Shown: in pieces, positions 11,000-23,210 of the stretch
How the letters are laid out: every line of letters begins with the position of its first letter
How positions within the stretch are numbered: position 1 is the stretch's first letter
From: Mobula hypostoma
Lineage: Eukaryota
Assembly: GCF_963921235.1 (NCBI RefSeq)
Contig: NC_086097.1
Location: 129,644,001-129,708,000, forward strand
Length of the DNA: 64,000 nt
Direction of reading: 5' to 3'
The notes under the pieces: model-generated
The model's database searches: none
What the model was told of the DNA's origin: nothing
What the model saw: only the letters and a program-made list of their open reading frames with translations
Translations under genes and position numbers: made by a program

Positions 11000-13890
11000 T
11001 AGACAATAGACAATAGGTGCAGGAGTAGGCCATTCGACCCTTCGAGCCAGCACCGCCATTCACTGTGATCATGGCTGATCATCCACTGTCAGTATCCAGT
11101 TCCTGCCTTATCCCCATAACCTTTGATTCCACTATCTTTAAGAGCTCTATCCATCTCTTTTTGAAAGCATCCAGAGACTTGGCCTCCACAGCCTTCTGGG
11201 GCAGAGCATTCCATATATCCACCACTCTCTGGGTGAAAAAGTTTTTCCTCAACTCCGTTCTAAATGGCCTAACCCTAATTCTTAAACTGTGGCCCCTGGT
11301 TCTGGACTCACCCATCAGCGGGAACATGCTTCCTGCCTGCAGCGTGTCCAATCCCTTAATAATCTTATATGTTTCAATAAGATCCCCTCTCAGCCTTCTA
11401 AGTTCCAGTGTATGCAAGCCCAGTTGCTCCAATCTTTCGACATATGACAGTCCCGCCATCCCAGGAATTAACCTTGTGAACCTACGTTGCACTCCCTCAA
11501 TAGCAAGAATGTCCTTCCTCAAATTTGGAGACCAAAACTGCACACAGTACTCCAGGTGTGGTCTCACCAGGGCCCTGTACAGCTGCAGAAGGACCTCTTT
11601 TGCTCTTATACTCAATTCCCCTTGTTATGAAGGCCAGCATGCTATTAGCTTTTTTCACTGCCTGCTGTACTTGCATACTTGCTTTCAGTGACAGATGTAC
11701 AAGAACACCTAGATCTCATTGTGCTTCCCCTTTCCCTAACTTGACTCCATTTAGATAATGTTCTTACCACCAAAGTGGATAACCTCACACTTATCCACAT
11801 TAAACTGCATCTGCCATGCATCTGCCCACTCACCCAGCCTGTCCAAGTCACCCTGCATTCTCATAATATCATCCTCACATTTGACACTGCCTCCCAGCTT
11901 TGTGTCATCAGTAAATTTGCTAATGTTACTTTCAATTCCCTCATCTAAATCGTTAATATATATTGTAAACAGCTGCAGTCCCAGCACTGAACCCTGCGGT
12001 ACCCCACTGGTCACCGCCTGCCATTCCGAAAGGGACCTGTTAATCGCTACTCTTTGTTTTCTGTCAGCCAGCCAATTTTCAATCCATGTCAGTACTCTGT
12101 CCCCAATACCATGTGCCCTAATTTTGCCCACTAATCTCCTATGTGGGACTTTATCAAAGGCTTTCTGAAAGTTCAGGTACACTGCATCCACTGGCTGTCC
12201 CTTGTCCATTTTCATAGTTACATCCTCAAAAAATTCCAGAAGATTAGTCAAGCACGATTTCCCCTTCGTAAATCCATGCTGACTCAGACCAATCCTGTTA
12301 CTGCTATCCAGATATGTTGTAACTTCATCTTTTATAATTGACTCCAGCATCTTTCCCACCACGGACGTCAGGCTAACCGGTCTATAATTCCCTGTTTTCT
12401 CTCTTCCTCCCTTCTTGAAGAGAGGGACAACATTAGCCACCCTCCAATCCACAAGAACTGATCCTGAATCTATAGAACATTGGAAAATGATTACCAATGC
12501 GTCCACGATTTCTAAAGCCAGCTCCTTAAGTACCCTGGGATGCAGACCATCAGGTTCCGGGGACTTATCAACCTTCAGACCCATCAGCCTATTCAAGACC
12601 ATTTCCTGCCTAATATAAATTTCCTTCAGTTCATCCATTACCCTAGGTCTTTTAGCCACTATAACATCTGGGAGATTGTTTGTGTCTTCCCTAGTGAAGA
12701 CAGATCCAAAGTACCTGTTCAACTCGTCTGCCATTTCCTTGTTCCCCATTATAAATTCACCCGCTTCTGTCTTCAAGGGCCCAATTTTGGTCTTAACTAT
12801 TTTTTTCCTTTTCACATACCTAAAGAAGCTTTTACTATCTTCCTTTATATTCTTGGCTAGTTTACCTTCGTACCTCATTTTTTCGCCGCATATTGCCCTT
12901 TTAGTTACCTTCTGTTGCTCTTTAAAAGTTACGCAATCCTCCAGCTTCCCACTTGTCTTTGCTATGTTATACTTCTTCTCTTTTATTTTTATGCTGTCCA
13001 TTACTTCCCTTGTCAGCCACGGCCTCCCCTTACTCCCCTTAGGATCTTTCTTCCTCTTTGGAACAAACTGATGCTGCACCTTCCGCATTATTCCCAGAAA
13101 CACTTGCCACTGCTGTTCCACTGTCATCCCTGCTAGGGTATTGTTCCATTGAACTTTGGCCAGCTCCTCCCTCATAGCACCATAGTTCCCTTTGTTCAAC
13201 TGTAATACTGACACTTCCGAGTTTCCCTTCTCCCTCTCAAATTGTAGATTAAAACTTAACATATTATGGTCACTACCTCCTAATGGCTCCTTTACCTCAA
13301 GGACCCTGATCAAATCCGGTTCATTGCACAACACTAAATCTAGAATTGTGTTCTCTCTGGTAGGCTCCAGTACAAGCTGTTCTAAGAATCCATCTCAGAG
13401 GGACTCCACAATCTCCCTTTCTTGGGGTCCAGCACCAACCTGATTCCTCCAGTCTACCTGCATGTTGAAATCCCCCATAACAACTGTAGCATTACCTTTG
13501 CGACATGCCAATTTTAACTCTTGATTCAACTTACACCCTACATCCAGACTACTGTTTGGGGGCCTGTAGATAACTCCCATTAGGGTCTTTCTACCCTTAG
13601 AATTTCTCAGTTCTATCCATACTGACTCTATGTCCCCCCTCGCAAGGGACTAAATATCATTCCTCACCAACAGAGCCACCCCACCCCTTCTGCCCCTCAG
13701 TCTGTCCTTTCGATAGGACGTATACCCTTAAATATTCATTTCCCAGGCCCTGTCCACTTGAAGCCATGTCTCTGTTATTCCCACAACACCATACTTACCA
13801 ATTTCCAGCTGTGCCTCAAGCTCATCTCCTTTATTTCTTATACTCCGTGCATTCATATACAATACTTTCAATTCATTACTCCCCTCACCT
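11000..13890 (-). mobile_element. CR1 LINE ORF2 (APE + RT), 5'-truncated, few lesions
   Basis: ORFs 13395-13580 (GVIYRPP, VVMGDFN), 11751-13334 (527 aa; NYRPVSLTS, QHGF, SGVPQGSVLG, KFTDDTKL) and 11079-11615 (LVRPHLEYCVQFWSP), with a (CTATTGT)n tail. Confidence 0.95.
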
Positions 13891-14057
13891 CCCCTGACCA
13901 GTTTCTACATTACTGGTACTGTACATTAGTAATCTCTGGCTGAGCATGCAAATGTAGTGTCAGATTAAGAGCTCTTGTAGAGGTCTGGTGGCATTGGGAT
14001 TTGTAACTGAAATTTTAAAAATAAATCTAGTTTAATTTAATTTTAAAAATTTTATAT

Positions 14058-15290
14058 ACATGGGTTCCGGTTAATTGGGCCATTGGTTATTCAAGGCAGT
14101 CACTTATTTGGAATAATTCTTAAAGAACCAAAACAAATCAAGAAAATAGCTGGAATTCCCTCTGTTTATTTGAGACTCTTGCTAATTAGCATGGGAGACC
14201 ATCAGTCACATGAATCTGTGCGGCCATTAGAAACTCTAGTCCACTCTAAGCACTGTTTAGAGTGAACAGTTGCATACGCTTGTGTTATGTATCCATTTGA
14301 GCCGTTGGTCGCCAATTCAACAAGCAGTGATTTTTTTTTATATATATATGATTTTAAATAGAATTTTTGAGACCGTTGCCATGAAAATATTTGACACTAT
14401 CCAAAAATATTATTCTACTGGACCAAATTAAAACCCATTTGCCTAACACCACCCATCAACAGCTGGTAGAGATAGCTGGAGTGCCAAAATCGACAATTGT
14501 GCGCTTGATATGTCAACAAGGTAAACTGTGGGAAGAATGGGCGTAATGTGAGGAACAACAGGGAACATCCCAAAAATGAAAGCATGAAGGTACGGATGCA
14601 GATGTTGAAGAGGTCCCCAATCAATGGTTTTTTTTATTGTAACTGGGCAAGATGTGAGTGCCATTGGACCAATATTTATTTTAAAAAAAACGAAGTCAGA
14701 GGTACTAGCTAAGAAGCTGGGTCATGAAGATTTTAAAGCAACAGCTGGTTGGGTGTCTCGATGGAATTGTAGGCACCACATTAAATTCAAGAAAGCACAC
14801 AGCAAGAATTTAGGACAGATGACATTTGCAATGCTGATGAAACAGGCTTTTTTTAAAATCATGCCACGCCAAACAGCGCCCTTGGCTACAAACACATAAC
14901 GCTACCCAGTGCAAAGAAAGCAACGGATCACAGAACTGTGTGTTCAAATATGTCAGGAACTGATTGGAAAAAAAAGCGTTAAACCTCTGCTTTAAGGGGT
15001 TAAGAATGGATAGTTTACCAATTGAGTACTATGCCAGTGTACACTCTATGAATTCCTCCGTCGGTAACCCATTATGAACGAATACAGTTTTATAGTGCTG
15101 TAGTAATATTGATAGTATTCTAATTTGTGTATTTCATTTAAGTACATAATTTGTTACTCAATTAAATGGAAGTTTGCCTTTTTTTAAATATACCTTTTTA
15201 TCCATTTCCATGAAACTTTGTATAATTTGGGCAGCTGCTTAACTGAGCCAAAATGTACTGGTCCTGATGGTTCCTAATTAACTGGAATCG
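14058..15290 (+). mobile_element. Tigger/pogo-type DNA transposon, internally deleted
   Basis: CENP-B-type HTH remnant EVLAKKLGHEDFKATAGWVSRWNCRHHIKFKKAH. TIR-like ends ttccggttaattggg / cctaattaactggaa. Same family as 46551-47868. Confidence 0.8.
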
Positions 15291-15328
15291 TGTGTGTGTG
15301 TGTGTGTGTATGTATGTATATGTATATA
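15290..15328. repeat. (TG)n/(TA)n microsatellite
   Basis: gtgtgtgtgtgtgtgtgtgtatgtatgtatatgtatata. Confidence 0.9.
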
Positions 15329-15654
15329 TTTTATAAGCTATTGTATTTTTTCTTCTTGTTGAAAATAACAAATTTCACAACATGTGCCAGTGATATTTAA
15401 GCTGATTCTGATTCTTTCAAAAAAAAACTATCAATTCCGATAGAAATCTAAGTGTCCTATGTACTGTGATTAAAGGAAGAAATATGAAAGTGGAAACAGG
15501 AGCACATTTATCATTGCATAGATAATGCTATTCCAGTAAACAGGAAAATGAATATAGTAGGATGTACAGTTTAAATCTATTGTCTTCTCATATAGCAAAT
15601 GAATGTGACATGTTATAATGTTTAATTCATTGTGATATAATCTAGGACTAATAA

Positions 15655-15924
<270 letters not shown>

Positions 15925-16239
15925 TAAGAAGGCCTGTGTAATACTGATAATACGTTTGTGGGAAGAACAAGGTATTTAATTGTATGTTTAAACTGTTGAT
16001 TACCATTTTGAGAGGACTAGAAAGCATAATCATATTCAAGCTTTAGCAAGTTGGTATTGAAGGACAGTTGAAGCCAATGGTAGTGGATAGCCAAATGTTG
16101 GTCAAGCCACAAGAAGACTTCTCTGTTCTTTTGCATCTTCCTGAACTATGAAGCCTTGATTTAACACCACAGCTGATAGATTTCATCTCTAAAGCTGTAG
16201 CACTTAGTGCTACACTAAAATGGCAGCTTACATTGTAGG

Positions 16240-17060
16240 TTTCAATAGGTAAATTTAATGTCAGGAAAATGTATACAATATACATTCTGAAATTCTTTTT
16301 CTCTGCAAACATCCACAAAAACAGAGAAGTGCCCCAAAGAATGAATGACAGTTAAATGTTAGAACCCCAAAGCCCCCCCACCTCCCCCTTCCCACACATA
16401 AGCTACAGCAAAGTGATGACCCCCCCTGTCCCCACCAGCAAAAAAGCATCTGCACCCTCCACTGAGCACTCAAGCATGCAGCAAAGCATCAATAAAGAGA
16501 CAGACTTGCAGTACCCCAAAGACCACTCATTCACCTAGTAATTCGACATACCACAGGCTCTCTCTCTCTCTCTCTCTCCCTAATAATGGAGAAAGAGATG
16601 TCCCTGTCTCACAGTGGGAGGTGAGATATAGCAAATCAACTCGCTGATATTATGGTATTAAAAGTCTGTTGCGTTGCTTCTTCCGAGCTCTGTGGCCAAA
16701 GAACTCAGGTCTCTGGGCATGCAGCCAGCAGCCAGCTCGCTGCTTTCAATCTTCTGTGTACTCCCACGACACATCAGGCGGCAGCACTGACCTCAAATCC
16801 GCCCGGCTCCAGAGCCACGAAAATCCAGCATCCTGAAGGCACGTTAGTCTTCCAGGTGGCGTCTTTGACATTTCAAAAAGCGGCCAGTCGTGAGGCCTTG
16901 AGAACGGGTCCTATTTCTGAAGTCAGCGTGTAACTTTAGGTCAGGGTCTTCAAAAGAACCCTGAAAAGGAAAAAAAGAGATATTAAAGATGGAAATAGAG
17001 CTGTTTCCGAAGATGCAAGCAAAGGAGTTGCTGTTAGTCACCATCCTAATCTCCGCCCTC
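16240..17060 (-). mobile_element. Non-coding interspersed retroposon with Rex-like 3' tail
   Basis: Minus-strand 3' end gaaaaagaatttcagaatgtatattgtatacattttcctgacattaaattta and an internal (CT)n. No long ORF. Confidence 0.55.
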
Positions 17061-17538
17061 CCTCACATTTGCTTTGTATGGCTTTGGTCCTGGACTAGAG
17101 GTTGAGTATTTCAGGTGGCAAATGTGAGATCTCAATATACAGAAGCAAATTTAAAGATGTAATAAATAATGCAGCATCCTAAAACCAAGGCTGCTAATAG
17201 ATCAAGTGACTGCATCCCTCAAAATATCTTTCTTTTACTTGAAATATCTCTCATTAACTTAAACCAAACTTTTCTTTTTAGGTACACGAAGTTGGGAACA
17301 TGAAAGAATCATTTGATTTCTTGACTCATTAAGAGCTGACCATAAGAGCAGAATTATGACATTCGGCTCATCAAGTCTGCTCCACCATTTGATCTTGGCT
17401 GATTTATCTTCCCTTTCATCCCCATACTTCTGTCTTCTTCCCGTAACCTATGATACCCTTACAAATCAAGAATGTGTCAACCTCCGCTTTAAATATAGCC
17501 AATGAATTGGCCTCCACAGAGTTCTGTGGCAATGAATT

Positions 17539-18350
17539 ATAACCATATAACCATGTAACAATTACAGCACAGAAACAGGCCATCTTGGCCCTTCTAGTCC
17601 GTGCCGAACTCTTACTCTCACTTAGTCCCACCGACCTGTACTCAACCCATAACCCTCCATTCCTTTCCTGTCCATATATCTATCCAATTTAACTTTAAAC
17701 GACAACATCAAATTTGCCTCAACCACTTCTACTGGAAGCTCATTCCACGCAGCCACCAGTCTCTGAGTAAAGAAGTTCCCCCTCATGTTACCCCTAAACT
17801 TTTGCCCTTTAACTCTCTACTCATGTCCTCTTGTTTGAATCTCCCCCACTCTCAATGGAAAAAGCCTATCCATGTCAACTCTATCTATCCTCTTATAATC
17901 TTAAATACCTTTATCAAGTCCCCCCTCAACCTTCTACGTTCCAAAGAATAAAGACCCAACTTGTTCAACCTTTCTCTGTAACTTAAGTGATGAAACCCAG
18001 GTAACATTCTAGTAAACCTTCTCTGTACTCTCTCTGTTTTGTTGACATCTTTCCTACAATTTGGTGACCAAAACTGTACACAATACTCCAGATTTGGCCT
18101 CACCAATGCCTTGTACAATTTCAACATTGCATCCCAACTCCTGTACTCAATGCTCTGATTTATAAAGGCCAGCCTACCAAAAGCTTTCTTCACCACCCTA
18201 TCCACATGAGATTCCATCTTCAGGGAACAATGCACCATTATTCCTAGATTCCTTTGTTCTACTGCATTCTTCAATGCCCTACCATTTACCATGTATGTCC
18301 TATTTTGATTAGTCCTACCAAAGTGTAGCACCTCACATTTATCAGCATTA
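17539..18350 (-). mobile_element. Younger 5'-truncated CR1 nested in the above CR1
   Basis: ORF 17885-18331 (LYKALVRPNLEYCVQFWSP...SLERRRLRGDLI) and a (TATGGTTA)-type tail at about 17540. Confidence 0.9.
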
Positions 18351-19134
18351 ATTCTAATTCACCACCTCTTGGCTAAAGAGATTCCTCCTCATCTCTGTTC
18401 TAAAGGAACATTCATCTGTTCTGAGGCTGTACTGTCTGGTCCTAAGTTCCCCCAGTACTCGAAATATACTCCACGTCCACTCTTATCTACTCCTTTCAAT
18501 ATTCAATAGGTTTCATTGAGGAGCACCTGCCCCGCACCCCCCCACTCATTCTTCCAGAATCTAAGATCATTCTCAGAAACCTCCCCTGGACCCTCTCCAA
18601 TGCCAGCACATACTTCCTTAGATTTGTGGCCCAAAACTGCTCATCAAAATATCAAAGATGGCCTGACCAATGCCTTATAAATCCTCATTATTACTTTTGA
18701 CCTGCAAGTTAACCTTTAGGAATCCTGCACGAGGTCTCCCCAGTCCCTTTGCACCTCCCATTTCTGAAATAGCTCCTCTATTTAGAAAATAGTTCATGCC
18801 TTTGTTGCTTTTATGAAATTGCATGACCATACACTTCCCTACAACCTATTTCATCTGGCATTTCTTTGCCCATTCTCCTAATCTGTTTAAGTTCTTCTGC
18901 AGTCTCCCTGTTTCCTTAATACTACCTACTCCTCCACCGATCTTGGTACCATATACAAACCTGTCACAAATCCATCAGTTCAGTCATCCAGGTTATTAAC
19001 ATATAACCTGAAAAGTAGCAAACCCAACTCTGATCCCTGTGCAACACCGCTAGTTAGCAGCAGCCAACCAGAAAAAATCCTCTTTATTCCCACTCTGCCT
19101 TCTGGCAGTTGGCCAATCTACTCATTTTCTCACT

Positions 19135-19365
19135 TTTGTTTAGAGATACAGCAACAGTCCCTTGGGGCCTAACAAGTCAGTGCTTCCCAATTATATCTGC
19201 TTGACCAATTAGCCTACGAACCCGTATATGTTTGGTATGTGGGAGGAAACCAAAGCACCCATAGGAAACCAATGCAGTTAAGAGAAAAATGTACAAACTC
19301 CTTGTAGGCAGCTGTGAGAATTGAACCTGGGTTGCATCCACTGCTAAAACTATACTACTGTATCA
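19135..19365 (-). mobile_element. Decayed tRNA-derived V-SINE/HE1-like SINE
   Basis: Contains tgtgggaggaaaccaaagcaccc...gaaacc and a box-B-like ttgaacctggg. Related pieces at about 37540-37650 and 49205-49390. Confidence 0.6.
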
Positions 19366-19689
19366 CCTATCTTCGGTTCATGCTAGTATCTTTCCTGTAA
19401 TACCATGGAGTCCTAAGTTGTTTATTAGCCTCATGTGCAGCACCTTATCAAAGGCCTTTTGAAAATCCAAGTTAAAAAAATCCGCTGATTTTTCTTTGTC
19501 TACCTTTTCTATCATTTTCTCAAATAATTCCAATTTCCACAGTGAAGCCTGATGCAAAATACTTACTCTGTTCGTCTACCATTTCCTTGTCCCCCCCATT
19601 ACTACCTTTCCAGCATAATTTTCCAGTGATCCAATATCCACTCTCGCCTCTTTTCCTCTTTATATATCTGATAAAAAAAACTTTTGGTA

Positions 19690-20143
19690 ATGGCAGCAAA
19701 ATCGAGGCCCGATGTGAATTGCCATGGTGAGGCCAGGTCCTAGTGTGCGGTTCAGACAATTTAAGCACCGGCCCGGATAGTCTGAGGGCTCCTTTCTCCG
19801 TGACACTAGGGCTGCGAGAGTGCCCCCAGCTGCCGTGCTTCACGTCTGCGAACTTTGTGGTGATTTGTCCCGCTAATACGTATGAATGTAGGCCTACTCT
19901 GTGGTGCTAGCGGGATTTGGATCGAAGGACTCAGTTTGGCTCGGAATGCTGTGGTTGTTGCTCGCTTCAATTGTTTGCATGAGTTGTTTTGTGTTTTTTT
20001 TCCCCCTCTTTTTCTGGGGGTTGGTCTTATGTTTTTTTAAGTGGGTTCTTCTGGGTTCCTTGCTTTGCAACTGCCTGTAAGTAAACAATACTCAAGGCTG
20101 TATCATTTATACATTGATAATAAATGCACTTTGAACCTTTGAA
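19690..20143 (+). mobile_element. Short non-coding retroposon nested in CR1
   Basis: GC-rich head, T-rich body and tail aataaatgcactttgaacctttgaa. It interrupts collinear CR1 sequence. Confidence 0.6.
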
Positions 20144-22489
20144 TCCTTTTTGATGCTTTTGGCTAGCTTGCCTTTGTATTTCATCTTTTCTTTCCTTATG
20201 TTTTTTCTTTGCCTTCTGTTGCTTTTTAGAAGTTTCCCAATCCTCTAACTTCCCACTGATTTTTACTATATTATATGCTCTCTCTTGTGCTTTTATGCTG
20301 ACTCTGACTTCTGAGGTCATGCACAGTTACCTCATCCTCCTTCCAGAATACTACTTCATGTGTGGCATGTATCTATCCTGCGCCTTCCAATTTGCCACCA
20401 GAAACTCCAGCCATTGCTGTTCCTCTGTCATCCCTGCTAGTGTTCCCTTCCAATCAAATTTGGCCAGCTTCTCTCTCATGCCTCTGTAATTCCCTTTACT
20501 CTGCAATACTGATACATCTTTTCTCTCTCTCAAACTGCAGAGTGAATTCTATCATATTATGATCATTTCCTCGGAAGGGTTCTTTACCTTAAGCTCCCTA
20601 ATCATATCTGGTTCATTACACAACACCCAATCCAGAATTGCCTTTCCCTTAGTGGGCTCAATCACAAGCTGCTGTAACAAGCCACATCATAGGCATTCTA
20701 CAACTTCCCTGTCTTGGGATCCAGCACCAACTTGATTTTCCCAATATGCCTGCATATTGAAATTCCCCGTGACTATGGTAACATAGCCCTCATTGTATGC
20801 CTTTTCTATTTTTGTTGATATTTATATCCCACATCTGGGCTACTGTTCAGGGCCCATCAGAGTCTTTTTATCCTTGCAGTTCCTTAACACTAACCAGAAG
20901 GATTCTGCATCTTCCGATCCTATGTTATCTGTTTACATTTTTTTTTAACCATCAATGCTACCCTAACCCCTCTGCCTACTCTTTCATCTGTACCATCATC
21001 ATATTCCTGCCCTGACTAGCACATGGCACTGTGAGTAATCCAGAGATTTCCACTTTGGAGGTCCTGTTCTTCAGCCTTTTCCCTAACTCCCTGTACTCAC
21101 TGCATAGGACCTCTTGCCCCTTTATTCTGATGCCATTGCTACCAATGTGCACCATAACCTCTGGCTATTAACCCTCCTTCTTGAGAATCATCTTCTGCTG
21201 CTGCTCTGAGACATCCTGGCCCTAGCATCCGTGAGACAACACACCATTCTGGGTTCTCTTTTGTGGCCACAGAATCTCCTGTCTATCCCCCTAACTAGCA
21301 AGTCTCCTATCACTGCTACTCAGCTTCACTTTACTCTTCCCTGCTTTGCCTCAGAGCCAGCCACAGTGGTACTGGCCTGGCTGCTGTTGCTGTGCCCTGA
21401 TAGATCATTTCTACCCCCCCCCCCCACCAAAGCTGTATTGAAAGGGGAATACTTGTTGCTGAGAGGAATGTCCGCAGGGGAACCCTGCACCGACTGCCTA
21501 CTCCCCTTCGCCTGATATTCAACTACCTACTATCTGAAGCCTTCAGTCTGAGTGTGACCACCTCAGTAAAAGACTCATCTGTGAAATTTTCCGCCTCTCA
21601 GACCATCCTGAGTGCATCCAGCTCCAGCTCCAGTTCCTTGACCTTGTCAGTCAGGAGCTGAAGTTGAGTGCACTTCCTGCAGATGTAGTCATCCGGGAGA
21701 CCAGTTCTGCTACTGTTTTTGGTGCCTTCAGCCAAAAATTCAAAGAAGTGCTGTGGACAATGCTGAGATGAGGTTTGGGCTGAGACAGGATGATGCAAAT
21801 GTAAAATGGTTCCTGTCCTAGTTTGTTGTGTTTAAGGGAAGGGGAAAGATGTACATTTATTTAGTGACTTTCATTTTCCTAAACATTTTCCCACCAACAA
21901 ATTGCTTATTATAATGTAGAAAATTTTTCCACAGCAAGCTCCCACAGTCGTTAAGATAAGGTCCCACCTGTCTGCTTTTCATAATCTTAGTTGAACGATG
22001 ACAAATACCTCCCCTGCTTCTCTTCAGTATATTGCCCTAGGCTCTTTTCTATTCACCTGAGAACATAAGCAGTATTTTACATTAATATTTTATCCAAAAG
22101 ATAGCACTTTTAACTATACAAGGTTCCCTTTACAGGAAGGTGAACATTTTGTGTGATCTCTGTGCAGGAGGGGATTTAATCCAATGGCAAGATTGCCACA
22201 GCAGATTATGTGTTCTTCCCAACTTTTAACTTTTATTCTTCTTAAGTATTAAGCAGAACTCAATTAGTCAATGTAAGTGAAGTAAAAGGTCTGGTAAATG
22301 CAAACACTTATTTCTTTTGCGGAGCTTTGTAGTGGTAAAACCAGCAGGTAGCAACTAATCAGTCTTCCAGGTAGTGAAGCAGGCAGTGTATATATTTTAC
22401 AGCAATACAGTTTATCCTTTAAAAATTTGAGTTTACCCAAGTCTTGTAAATGAATGATTAGTAATTTTCAATGTTTTTACTCCCCATGA

Positions 22490-22699
<210 letters not shown>

Positions 22700-22950
22700 C
22701 TGCAACGTTATTCAACAGGAGCACCAAATGATCATGTCCTGCAAGGGACAGCAAAGCCCTCAAAATTGAACCAGTGCCAATAATATAATGTTGGCTCTCA
22801 GGATTCTGGAAGGATCTCAAAGTTTCTTTCAAGAAAAAAAAGTTACACAGTTAAACTATTGTCAGTATGTCTTTGATTATTTATATATTCTATTATGTTT
22901 AATTCACCATTGTCTTTCACTTGGTTTATCTAAATGCCTTATCATATGTA

Positions 22951-23210
22951 AACACGAGGAAATATGCAGATGCTGGAATTTCAGACAACACACATAAAAT
23001 TTGCTGGTGAATGCAGCAGACCAGGCAGCATCTTTAGGAAGAGGTACAGTTGACGTTTCGAGCCGAGATCCTTCGTCAGGACTAACTGAAAGAAGAGCTA
23101 GTAAGAGATTTGAAAGTGGGAGGGGGAGGTCTTGGCCCAAAACGTCGACTGTACCTCTTCCTAAAGATGCTGCCTGGCCTGCTGCATTCACCAGCAACTT
23201 TTATGTGTGT
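22951..23210. mobile_element. Fold-back Penelope-like mini element (family 1) in the SLC66A2 3' UTR
   Basis: Arms about 22986-23070 and 23128-23212. 16-bp TSD tgcctta(t/c)catatgta at 22935-22950 and 23211-23226. Same terminal sequence as the GIY-YIG-bearing copies at 31722 and 60477. Confidence 0.85.
23048..23083 (-). ncRNA. Minimal type-I hammerhead ribozyme motif (partly degenerate)
   Basis: Minus strand AGTC-CTGACGA-A-GGA-TCTCGG-CTC-GAAA-CG-TC-AACT. The core is intact; stems I and II carry mismatches. Confidence 0.6.

Larger units (their letters stand above)
17335..21705 (-). mobile_element. Near full-length but deleted CR1 LINE (ORF1 and ORF2 remnants) hosting three nested insertions
   Basis: ORF1 zinc-finger/leucine-zipper LPDDYICRKCTQLQLLTDKVKELELELDAL (21598-21700). 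ORF2 pieces such as KGNYRGMREKLAKFDWKGTLAG (20351-20533). CR1 3' end at about 17340. Confidence 0.85.

Noticed and set aside
11065..13443. Plus-strand ORFs of 77-208 aa
   Set aside because: Antisense shadows of CR1 ORF2.
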